DNA from: Candidatus Woesearchaeota archaeon
Lineage (GTDB): Archaea; Nanobdellota; Nanobdellia; Woesearchaeales; UBA10216
Reading direction: 5' to 3'
Length of the DNA stretch: 64,000 bases
NCBI GenBank assembly: GCA_016192915.1
Contig: JACPTF010000002.1
Location: 67,530 to 131,529 of the forward strand
Below the pieces are notes generated by a model. That model saw nothing but the letters and a program-made list of their open reading frames with translations. It was not told the origin of the DNA and did no database searches. Shown here in pieces: positions 48,350 to 57,078 of the stretch. Position 1 is the first letter of the stretch. The number at the start of each line of letters is the position of its first letter. Position numbers and translations under genes: made by a program.

Positions 48350-49443
48350 CAAAAATCATAGACCCCTGGGGCTCTGTCCTCGTTGAGGACTACGCGAAGC
48401 TGATAAAGGATTTTGGCTTGGAGCAATTCTCGCAGTACTTGGAGCTTTTCCCCAATCCGAACAGGCTGATGAGAAGGGATGTTGTGTTTGCTGGAAGGGA
48501 CGTGAAGAGAATAGCTGATGCCATAAAGAAGAAAGAGGACTTCTATGTGCTGTCTGGGATAATGCCCTCTGCGGAGAAGATACACCTTGGCACTAAGATG
48601 GTGATTGAGGACATAAGGTACTTCCAGGACCACGGAGCTGATACTTATGTGCTGGTTGCAGACCTTGAGGCGGCAGCCGCGAGGGGCGTAACTCTTGAAG
48701 AAGGCAGAAAAAGGGCACTGGAATTCTACATTCCGGCTTACATAGCCCTCGGATTGGACCCCAAAAAGACGACGTTTTATTTCCAGTCTGAAAATAAGGA
48801 AGTAATGCACCTTGCTTACGAATTTGCCAAGAAGATAACGGCAAATGAATTTGAGGCAATTTATGGCAGCAATGACCCCGGCAAGATGTTCAGCGCACTA
48901 ACACAGGTTGGTGACATACTCTACCCGCAGCTGAAGAAAAGAAGGCCAGGAGTCATACCTGTCGGGATTGACCAGGACCCGCACATAAGGCTGACAAGGG
49001 ACATAGTAGCAAGAACAAAGTCAAAGTACAACTTTGTGCCGCCCTCAAGCATCTACAACAAGTACACGCCCTCACTAAGCGGGAAGCTGAAGATGTCCAA
49101 GTCTGAGCCGGAAAGCTGCATCGAGCTACCAGAAGACACGAAAAGCGTGTGCAGGAAGATAAAAAATGCTATGAGCGGTGGAAGGGACACGCTTGAGGAA
49201 CACAAAAAGCTAGGCGCGGTTATAGAGAAAGATATGGTATTTGAGCTGCTGAAGCAGCACTTGGTTGAAGACGACAGGGAACTGCAAAGGATACATGACG
49301 ACTACAAGTCTGGGAAGATGACAAGCGGCGAGCTGAAGCAGATAGCCTGTGACAAGATGACTGAATTCCTAGCTGATTTCTCTGCAAAGCTGGAAAAGGC
49401 GAGGCAGAATATCGGCAAATTGAAGTTTATTTCTTTCAACTAA
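48346..49443 (+). CDS. trpS: Tryptophan-tRNA ligase
   Basis: IDPWG, HLG, PVGIDQDPHIRLTRD, KMSKS. Confidence 0.95.
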   Translation: MTKIIDPWGSVLVEDYAKLIKDFGLEQFSQYLELFPNPNRLMRRDVVFAGRDVKRIADAIKKKEDFYVLSGIMPSAEKIHLGTKMVIEDIRYFQDHGADTYVLVADLEAAAARGVTLEEGRKRALEFYIPAYIALGLDPKKTTFYFQSENKEVMHLAYEFAKKITANEFEAIYGSNDPGKMFSALTQVGDILYPQLKKRRPGVIPVGIDQDPHIRLTRDIVARTKSKYNFVPPSSIYNKYTPSLSGKLKMSKSEPESCIELPEDTKSVCRKIKNAMSGGRDTLEEHKKLGAVIEKDMVFELLKQHLVEDDRELQRIHDDYKSGKMTSGELKQIACDKMTEFLADFSAKLEKARQNIGKLKFISFN

Positions 49444-49490
49444 GCCCTTTTTCGGCAGGTTTTTATACAACCCTGTTGTTTCTTACTTTT

Positions 49491-51689
49491 ATGGTGGAAT
49501 TAATTATAGCCGAAAAACCAAAGGCTGCACAGCGTATAGCAGAATCTCTAGCTGAAGGCAAAGTTGTGAAAAAGGGCGTGCATGGTGTTTATTACTATGA
49601 AATTTCAAGAGGCAAAAATGACATAATTGTTGCCTGCGCCGTAGGTCACTTGTTTGGTCTTGCTGAAAAAGAGAAGAAAAAAGGTATGGCTTACCCTGTT
49701 TTTGATGTTGAATGGAAGCCACTATATGAAACAACAAAGACAGCTGCGTTCTCCAAGAAGTATTATGATATGTTAAAGAAGTTGTCCAAAGATGCAACAA
49801 CCTTTACCGTTAGCTGCGACTACGATATTGAGGGAAGCACTCTTGGAATGAATATAATTCGTTTTATCTGCAAGCAAAAAGATGCTAGAAGAATGAAGTT
49901 TTCTACATTGACCAAACCAGACCTTATTCAAGCTTACGAAAGCGTTTCACAAAGTTTGGACTGGGGGCAGGCGCACGCAGGCGAAACCAGACATGAGCTG
50001 GATTGGTACTGGGGCATCAACCTGAGCAGGGCATTGACCTCAGCAATAAAGAAAGCAGGCTTATTCAAGATACTCAGCATAGGCAGAGTACAAGGCCCTG
50101 CACTGCAGATTATTGTGCAAAGGGAGAAGGAAATAAAGGCGTTCAAGCCGCAGCCGTTCTGGCAGCTGGAGCTGCAGGGCAAGGTGAAGAATGGCGAGCT
50201 GACTGCGCTGCACGAAAAGGACAAGTTCTGGGACAAGAAAGAAGCTGATTTGGTGTATGCAAAAGTTAAAGGAAAAAACGGCACTATTTCAGAGGTAAAA
50301 CGGGACGAGTTTCAGCAGCAAACACCATACCCATTTGACCTGACAACGCTGCAGACAGAAGCTTACAGGTGCTTTGGCGCGCCTCCGAAAGCGACGCTTG
50401 AAATAGCACAGGAATTGTATACTTCGGGGCTCATCTCGTACCCAAGAACATCGTCCCAGCAGCTGCCGCCTACAATCGGCTACTCAAAGATAATAGCAGC
50501 ACTCTCTCAGCAAGAGAACTACAGCGCGCTATGCAAGCGGTTGCTGGCGAAAGGAGGTCTGAAACCGAACAACGGAAAGAAGACAGACCCCGCGCACCCG
50601 GCAATCTATCCGACAGGGCTGAAGCCGAAGAGCCTTGACAAGAGGGGCCAGAGAATCTATGACCTGATTGCCCGGAGATTCCTTGCCACTTTTGCGGATG
50701 CAGCCACCAGGGAAACAGTATCAGCGAGAATTGACGTAAATAAAGAAATTTTTGTTGCTGCCGGAACGACAACAAAGTACAGGGGGTGGCACGAGTTCTA
50801 TGGGCCTTATGCGAGGTTCAAGGAAGAGGAACTGCCACAGGTGACAAAAGGCGAAACAGTTGTTGTGAAAAAGCTGGAGCTCCTGGCAAAAGAGACGAAG
50901 CCTCCGGCGAGGTACACGGAGGCTTCTATAATAAGGGAGCTTGAAAAGAGGAACCTGGGCACAAAGGCGACAAGGGCTGAGATTATTGACACATTGCACA
51001 AAAGAGGATATGTTAACGGAAGGGCGATAGAAGCGACAGACCTCGGGATAAAGATTGTTGAAACATTGGGGAAGTACAGCCCAGAAATAATAGATGAGGA
51101 GCTGACAAGGCACTTCGAGGGCGAGATGGAGGAAATACAGGAAGACAAGAAAAAAGGGGAAGATGTGCTGGAAGAGGCAAAAGGGGTGCTGGTTAAAATC
51201 CTTGACAGCTTCAAGAAAAAGGAGAAAGGGATAGGAGACGAGCTGATAACTGCAACGAAAGAATCTGAAACAAAGGAGAATACCATTGGAAGATGCCCTG
51301 TCTGCGGTGAAGGGACACTTATGATGAAAAGAGGCAAGTTTGGCAGGTTCATAGCGTGCAGCTGCTATCCGGACTGCAAGGCGACATTCAAGCTGCCATC
51401 AAACGGGCTTGTCAAGAACACCGACAAGGTGTGCGAAACGTGCAAGCACCCCGTAATAACGGTGATAAGGAGCGCCAGAAAGCCGCAGGAGGTATGCATA
51501 AACCCCGACTGCCAAAGCAAGATTTCGCCAGACGCAAGAAAGCTGATAAGACAGAATGAAAACAGCAGCTGCAAAAAATGCGGCGAGGGGAAAATGGTTC
51601 TCAGAAGAAGCGTTTACGGGAGCTTCCTCGGGTGCGATAAGTTCCCGAAATGCAGGAATATAGTGAAGATAAATGGCGGAATACGATAA
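49491..51689 (+). CDS. topA: DNA topoisomerase IA with C-terminal Zn ribbons
   Basis: IIAEKP, CDYDIEG, SIGRVQ, ISYPRT, LGTKATRA. Confidence 0.96.
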   Translation: MVELIIAEKPKAAQRIAESLAEGKVVKKGVHGVYYYEISRGKNDIIVACAVGHLFGLAEKEKKKGMAYPVFDVEWKPLYETTKTAAFSKKYYDMLKKLSKDATTFTVSCDYDIEGSTLGMNIIRFICKQKDARRMKFSTLTKPDLIQAYESVSQSLDWGQAHAGETRHELDWYWGINLSRALTSAIKKAGLFKILSIGRVQGPALQIIVQREKEIKAFKPQPFWQLELQGKVKNGELTALHEKDKFWDKKEADLVYAKVKGKNGTISEVKRDEFQQQTPYPFDLTTLQTEAYRCFGAPPKATLEIAQELYTSGLISYPRTSSQQLPPTIGYSKIIAALSQQENYSALCKRLLAKGGLKPNNGKKTDPAHPAIYPTGLKPKSLDKRGQRIYDLIARRFLATFADAATRETVSARIDVNKEIFVAAGTTTKYRGWHEFYGPYARFKEEELPQVTKGETVVVKKLELLAKETKPPARYTEASIIRELEKRNLGTKATRAEIIDTLHKRGYVNGRAIEATDLGIKIVETLGKYSPEIIDEELTRHFEGEMEEIQEDKKKGEDVLEEAKGVLVKILDSFKKKEKGIGDELITATKESETKENTIGRCPVCGEGTLMMKRGKFGRFIACSCYPDCKATFKLPSNGLVKNTDKVCETCKHPVITVIRSARKPQEVCINPDCQSKISPDARKLIRQNENSSCKKCGEGKMVLRRSVYGSFLGCDKFPKCRNIVKINGGIR

Positions 51690-51700
51690 AGGTGTTTATA

Positions 51701-52774
51701 ATGGCCTCTGTAATTAATGAATTCAGGAAAGTTTCTTCTTTGATGGCAAATTTTATGCTAAGCAGACCATTCTATGCATCAGTTGATATAACCAATTTCT
51801 GTAACTTGCGCTGCGATGGATGTGACTACCCCTTGCTTCTCGGACAGAAGCAACTCGGCAAAGACTTGCCGCTTGAGGGGATTGAAGCAAGGATTGAGGC
51901 ACTGCATAAGGCATTTGGAAGCTTGGTTGTTGTACTGGCCGGGTTTGAGCCAACCGTGAGAACAGACTTGGCAAGCATCATTACCGCTGCATCTCGACAT
52001 AATTACGTTGGAATTGTAACTAATGGAACGCTTATTGACAGGGAAAAAGCAAAGAGCTACTGGAAAGCCGGGCTCTTGTTTGCAAGCGTTTCTTTACCTA
52101 CAACGGATGATAAAAGATTCAGGGAAATAACACAGGTGCAACGCTACGGTGTCAGGGACGTTAAAAATGCAATTGAAACGCTGATTGAGACTGCACCAAT
52201 ATTCGGAAAAGTAGCAATAACTGTGACAGTCGACAACCAAACAACGCCAGCACAAATGGAGGAAATTATCGTTTACGCGAAGAATGTGAGAGCTGCAGTT
52301 TCATTCCAACCATACTCAGCATCAAAACCTGCTTCGGCCCTGATTAGCTATGATATTGCTGGTGACAAAAGAAGAATCACAGAGGAAACACTCGAAACGG
52401 TTTTTGCCGGAAGTTTAGCCGGCATAATTCTAGAGTTGAAAAGAAAATATGGCAATGTTATCGGTCGAACTGTTGCCTTAAGAAATTTTGATACTTTCAT
52501 TAGAGAGGGAATGATACCATTTAAGCCCCGTTCACTCAAACTTTACACAAATGGGAATATTAGCCTATACCCTGAAAGGCAAGCGTTCAGCAATATTGAC
52601 GCTAGATTGCCGGAACAGGTCTGGCAAGATTATAGGCAACATGTTGAGGAATTAAGGGCACAGGGGCCATTTAAGGCAAATAACTGCTACCGATGCGTTA
52701 ATTTAACTAATCCAACAACGCCGATGGGTGACATGGTTGGAACTGTATGGAGAGCGATTGCGAAGGTAGTCTAA
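51701..52774 (+). CDS. Radical SAM protein
   Basis: CNLRCDGC (CxxxCxxC), EPT, TNG. Confidence 0.88.
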   Translation: MASVINEFRKVSSLMANFMLSRPFYASVDITNFCNLRCDGCDYPLLLGQKQLGKDLPLEGIEARIEALHKAFGSLVVVLAGFEPTVRTDLASIITAASRHNYVGIVTNGTLIDREKAKSYWKAGLLFASVSLPTTDDKRFREITQVQRYGVRDVKNAIETLIETAPIFGKVAITVTVDNQTTPAQMEEIIVYAKNVRAAVSFQPYSASKPASALISYDIAGDKRRITEETLETVFAGSLAGIILELKRKYGNVIGRTVALRNFDTFIREGMIPFKPRSLKLYTNGNISLYPERQAFSNIDARLPEQVWQDYRQHVEELRAQGPFKANNCYRCVNLTNPTTPMGDMVGTVWRAIAKVV

Positions 52775-52843
52775 GCTAAATGTTGTCGTAATTCTATAAT
52801 AGCCAGAAAGGTTTAAATCGTGGCATCAGCAATAATTGGCTGA

Positions 52844-53211
52844 ATGCTTGCAAACGAGGATGTAATAATAAGACTGGCGCTCGCCGTATTAGTGGGTGCT
52901 TTGATAGGATTGGAAAGAGAGAAAACAAAGCATGCCGCAGGGCTACGAACCCACCTGCTTGTATGCATAGGCTCAACACTGATAACCCTCACTTCAATTG
53001 ACATGTTCCCGCAGAACCCGGCTCCGATAACGGCTGCCATAATAACAGGAATAGGCTTTCTCGGAGCATATGGGCAGTAGCCGGGTTGGGGCTTGCTCTG
53101 GGCGCAGGAGCTTACATAATAGCGGCATTTGGAACATTGGCGATGATGTTCACGCTGGAATTTGGGCGGATACAGTACTTAATAACAAAGAAAAAGCGGA
53201 AGTGGAGCTAA
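52844..53211 (+). pseudogene. MgtC/SapB family gene broken by an internal deletion and frameshift
   Basis: GLERE..AGLRTH..GIGFLGA then stop; second frame from 53065 reads SIWAVAGLGLALGAG..; GLTTAA motif missing. Confidence 0.82.
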
Positions 53212-53214
53212 AAT

Positions 53215-54534
53215 CTAAAATTCAAGGATACCCTTGGCTTCTGCAACAAGGCTGGGGCTGCTGCCGCCGTGCCAGGTTGACCTTGGGCGGACTCTCATCG
53301 GATAAAGGCGCTCATTGGTATCGTCAAAAAGGAGAGCTGCGCCTTTTACCCTCGGCAGGTCGTTGAGCGACTTGTCAAGGCCCTCGCGCATGTAGCTCTG
53401 CATCAGGGCGCCAAGGGCGTCAACGTCAATCTTTGCAGTAACACGATGGGAGATAACGATATCCGATTGTGTCATGACGTCGGTATGAATCTGGCCTGGC
53501 TGCTGCGATGCAAGAACCAGGGAAATGCCGGGCTGCCTGCCCTCCCTGAGGACAGTGATTAGGGAATTCGACGCCGGCGTGATGCCCTGCTTGGGAAGGA
53601 ATTCGTGGGCCTCATCGAGAAAAAGCCAAATCAACGGGACTTCCTTCTTCTCGCCTGCAAGCTTCCTAGAGAAGGATGTTGCCTGTTTTATTGAGGCCAT
53701 TTCCTCAGCCTTCCTTATGAGCATCCTTTCGTTAAACAGCTTCTTTGAAACAAGGCCAATGACCAATGCACGGATGTTGTTCTTGCCCCCAGAGACGGCA
53801 TAAGGGCTTATGTCAAGTATTGTAATCTGCCCGCCAACAGCCAGGTCGCTGATTAGCGTTGATTTCTCGCTGAAAAGCCCCCAATCTTCAGCTGAGAGGA
53901 ACATGTTTTCAACAGCCGCCCTTGTCTCATTGCTTGTCCTGTCATCCTTCCTTACCTCAGCCACGATGTCGTTTAATGAAAAATCCGCCTGCTGCTTCCT
54001 GAGCCCGGAGACAACCCTTCCGATAAGAGTGCCAAACTCGCTTGTGATGTCAACCTCGAAAATGCCGCACCAGTCGCCAATGGTGAGCTCTGCCGGGTTG
54101 ATTGAGAAAGGCAGGTCAACCGGTATGCCGCGGTCCTTGAACTCCTGGTAGCTGCCCAGGGGCACGTAAACCCGCGCGTTAAAGTGCTGGTAAGGAATCT
54201 GCCACTCCCTGAGAAGGGCTTCGTCCTTCCTGTTCTCGTACTTGGTTGTCCAGAAAATTCCCATGGTGTCAAAAACTACGAGGCTGAGGTTTTTTGTGAG
54301 CTCTGGCTCAAGGGACATCATGCCTTCAGCCATTGCCATAATAGAATAGCTTTTCCCGCTTCCCCTCTTGCCAAAAACTGAAACAACATGGCTTCTCAGA
54401 ACGTCCATGTAAATTCCTGTTGACAGCGAGGTTGTCTGGCCCATCTTGACGTAATGCTTGCCAATAAGGAAGGTGCCCTTATCGCCAAAAGCCCTCCTGT
54501 CTTCCTCATCCCTTCCGACAATTATCTCGTACAC
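53215..54534 (-). CDS. HerA/FtsK-like (DUF87) ATPase
   Basis: GKRGSGKS, LFLDEAH, REGRQPGISLVLASQQP. Confidence 0.9.
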   Translation of the reverse strand: MYEIIVGRDEEDRRAFGDKGTFLIGKHYVKMGQTTSLSTGIYMDVLRSHVVSVFGKRGSGKSYSIMAMAEGMMSLEPELTKNLSLVVFDTMGIFWTTKYENRKDEALLREWQIPYQHFNARVYVPLGSYQEFKDRGIPVDLPFSINPAELTIGDWCGIFEVDITSEFGTLIGRVVSGLRKQQADFSLNDIVAEVRKDDRTSNETRAAVENMFLSAEDWGLFSEKSTLISDLAVGGQITILDISPYAVSGGKNNIRALVIGLVSKKLFNERMLIRKAEEMASIKQATSFSRKLAGEKKEVPLIWLFLDEAHEFLPKQGITPASNSLITVLREGRQPGISLVLASQQPGQIHTDVMTQSDIVISHRVTAKIDVDALGALMQSYMREGLDKSLNDLPRVKGAALLFDDTNERLYPMRVRPRSTWHGGSSPSLVAEAKGILEF

Positions 54535-54593
54535 GCACTAACCTCTTTTGCAGCTATTCCAGCTGTTCTGCTGTTGTGGCAATAAATACTTTG

Positions 54594-54762
54594 CGCTAGT
54601 GGGGTGCTTTCAAGTTAATTGGCAAAGCCGACTTTGGTGCTGCGCACTTCCTTTCCCTCCCCTACGCTTAGCGTGGGGAGAGGAAAGCAACCCAAATGCA
54701 GTTTGGGCAAAGTCGGCAACAAAAGACACTTAACTTGACATTATCCGCTAGTGGGAAGCTTT
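54594..54762. repeat. Multibranch palindromic element between 17-bp imperfect direct repeats
   Basis: Outer IR TCAAGTTAA/TTAACTTGA, inner IR GCCGACTTTG/CAAAGTCGGC closing three hairpins; CGCTAGTGGGnnGCTTT on both sides. Confidence 0.7.
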
Positions 54763-54790
54763 ATAAAATCGCTGTGGCTTCACAGGAGAA

Positions 54791-55390
54791 ATGGCAAAAA
54801 GCATTGGGGAAGGGAACGGCATCAGCGAAGAGTTCGCAAGTCTCAAAAAGGAGATAGAAACTATTGACTCTAAAAGAGAAGCTCTCATCGCCAGCACAAG
54901 GGAAATACTGAAGGCATCCAAAGGAGCGATCTATTCCTTGCAACGAGGCGATAACAAGGCGGCGGAAAAGGCGCTTGCTGAACTGAAGCCAAAGATTGCC
55001 GCGCTAAAGCCTTATTCTGAAGATGCAAACTATGCGAGCGTCACAAAGCCTCCAATCCAGGAATATGTTGAGGCAGCCTGCTTCAGCGAATTCATCAACA
55101 ATGGAAAGATACTGCCACGGGAAAAGCTTGGAGTTTCGGCGGAAAACTATATCGCCGGGCTTTGCGACCTGTCAGGCGAGATTGTGCGCAAGGCAGTCAA
55201 CGCCGCCATAAACGATGATGCCAAGACGGTAATTTCGGGAAAAAAATTCATTGAAAACCTCTACTATGGCCTGATGCAATTTGACTTCAGGAATGGGGAC
55301 TTAAGGAGGAAGTTTGACGGCCTGAAATACGACCTGAAGAAGATGGAAGACCTGCTTCTCAGCCTGAAGCTGCAGGGGAAGGTGAAGTGA
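54791..55390 (+). CDS. Translin/TRAX family protein
   Basis: QEYVEA, YIAGLCDLSGEIVR, DLRRKFDGLKY. Confidence 0.88.
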   Translation: MAKSIGEGNGISEEFASLKKEIETIDSKREALIASTREILKASKGAIYSLQRGDNKAAEKALAELKPKIAALKPYSEDANYASVTKPPIQEYVEAACFSEFINNGKILPREKLGVSAENYIAGLCDLSGEIVRKAVNAAINDDAKTVISGKKFIENLYYGLMQFDFRNGDLRRKFDGLKYDLKKMEDLLLSLKLQGKVK

Positions 55391-55393
55391 AAA

Positions 55394-55624
55394 ATGGTCA
55401 TAGACCATGAAAGGGTAAGGAAACAGGCAAAAGCCGTTATGGATGAGTTTGTGAAGGCACTTGATAAAATTGGAGGGGTTTCTGGAGAGGTTGGCATTGA
55501 AAGGGATGAGCAAACAAGGGCTGCGAAGGCAACAAAGCAGGACAGCGGCTTCAGGGGGAGGATGCTTGGAAACGCCCCTAAAAAGGACAGCTCACACATA
55601 ATTGCCGAGAAGAAAAGCTGGTAA
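55394..55624 (+). CDS. gatC: Asp/Glu-tRNA amidotransferase subunit C
   Basis: Small ORF directly before gatA; MLGNAP..IIAEKKSW end. Confidence 0.7.
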   Translation: MVIDHERVRKQAKAVMDEFVKALDKIGGVSGEVGIERDEQTRAAKATKQDSGFRGRMLGNAPKKDSSHIIAEKKSW

Positions 55625-55626
55625 AA

Positions 55627-57054
55627 ATGACCTATTCAACAGAAGAAAAAAAATCACTCATTAAGAAAGGCAAAATAACGGCATCGAAAAACATCAAAGG
55701 ATTTCTAAACGCCGTAAGGAAGAAAAATGGCAGCGTGAACGCCATATTGCACGTTAATGAAAATGCTGTTGCCGAGGCAGAGGCTGCTGACAGGAAGATA
55801 AAGGCCGGGAAAGCCGGAAGGCTGGCAGGGCTAGCAATAGTGGTGAAGTCAAACATTTCTGTAACAGGGTTGCCTGTTACTTGCGCTTCGAAAACGCTGG
55901 AAAATTATTACGGGACTTTTGACGCTGACGTTATCGCTAAGATAAAGGCCGAGGACGGCATAATAATCGGGATGGCAAACATGGACGAGTTCGCCTGCGG
56001 AAGCTCAGGAGAGACCTCGGCATTTGGGGCAACACACAACCCTGCGGCCCCGGGAAGAATACCGGGAGGGACAAGCTCTGGCTCAGCTGCGGCTGTCGCG
56101 GCAGGATTCTGCGACCTGGCCCTTGGCTCAGACACAGGCGGCTCAATCAGGAATCCAGCCTCGCATTGCGGCGTTGTAGGCATAAAGCCAAGCTACGGAA
56201 GGGTTTCAAGGTATGGACTGGTTGACATGACAATGAGCTTTGACCAGATAGGGCCTCTCAGCAACGATGCTTACGGGGCAGCACTGCTTATGGAGGTAAT
56301 CGCCGGGAAAAGCGAGAACGACGGCACAACACAATTCCGCGATGAGCGGAATGTGCAATCGGGCAATGCCCGATTTGCAACTGCAAATAAAGTTCCGGAT
56401 TACCTGAAGCTTCTGCAGAATGGCGTGAAGGGGATAAAAATAGGCATGAGCCCGGAATTTGAGGAGATGTGCAGTGACAAAAGGATATATGGGCTGATAG
56501 AAGACGCCGCGCATAAATTTGCTGCTGCAACGAAAAGCACGATAAAACAAATAAAGTTGCCTTATGTTGACATGGCAATACAGGCCTACTACCCGATAGT
56601 TTACGTCGAGTTCTTCTCGGGAACCAGGAAATTTGACGGGAGGAAGTACGGCAAGAAAATAGAAGACAGCTGCGGTGAAGAGGTGCTGAGAAGGATACTT
56701 GGCGGCAGGGAAATATCAAAAGCTGAGCACCACGGCACTTATTACAGAAAGGCGCTGATGGCAAAGAAGCGGATAGCTGAAGGCTTTGAAAGCGCATTCA
56801 AGGATGTTGACATCATAATATCGCCAACAACGCCCATGCTGCCGCACAGGATTGGAACGAAAATAAGTGACCCGATGGTAATGTATGCTTATGACGCTTA
56901 TACCATCCCGGTGAATTTGGCGGGGGTTTGCGCGGGGGTTGTGCCTGCAGGGAAAATAGATGGTATACCTGTTGGGCTGCAGACTATGACGCCTGCTTTC
57001 AGGGAGGAATTGCTGCTTCAGACACTTGCCGGAATAGAAAAACAATCTTTATAA
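55627..57054 (+). CDS. gatA: Asp/Glu-tRNA amidotransferase subunit A
   Basis: NMDEFACGSS, PGGTSSGSA, LGSDTGGSIRNPAS, EEVLRRILGG. Confidence 0.95.
   Translation: MTYSTEEKKSLIKKGKITASKNIKGFLNAVRKKNGSVNAILHVNENAVAEAEAADRKIKAGKAGRLAGLAIVVKSNISVTGLPVTCASKTLENYYGTFDADVIAKIKAEDGIIIGMANMDEFACGSSGETSAFGATHNPAAPGRIPGGTSSGSAAAVAAGFCDLALGSDTGGSIRNPASHCGVVGIKPSYGRVSRYGLVDMTMSFDQIGPLSNDAYGAALLMEVIAGKSENDGTTQFRDERNVQSGNARFATANKVPDYLKLLQNGVKGIKIGMSPEFEEMCSDKRIYGLIEDAAHKFAAATKSTIKQIKLPYVDMAIQAYYPIVYVEFFSGTRKFDGRKYGKKIEDSCGEEVLRRILGGREISKAEHHGTYYRKALMAKKRIAEGFESAFKDVDIIISPTTPMLPHRIGTKISDPMVMYAYDAYTIPVNLAGVCAGVVPAGKIDGIPVGLQTMTPAFREELLLQTLAGIEKQSL
56330..56379. repeat. Family B doublet inserted in frame in gatA
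   Basis: CA-CAATTCCGC-gatga-GCGGAATG-TG-CAATCGGG-caatg-CCCGATTTG-CA; adds QFRDERNVQSGNARFA. Confidence 0.92.
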
Positions 57055-57078
57055 ACGCTTTCTTGCTCTCTGGAATGC

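Noticed and set aside
54627..54717. tRNA gene
   Set aside because: Cloverleaf shape but no TTCRA T-loop, no D-loop GG and no 7-nt anticodon loop.
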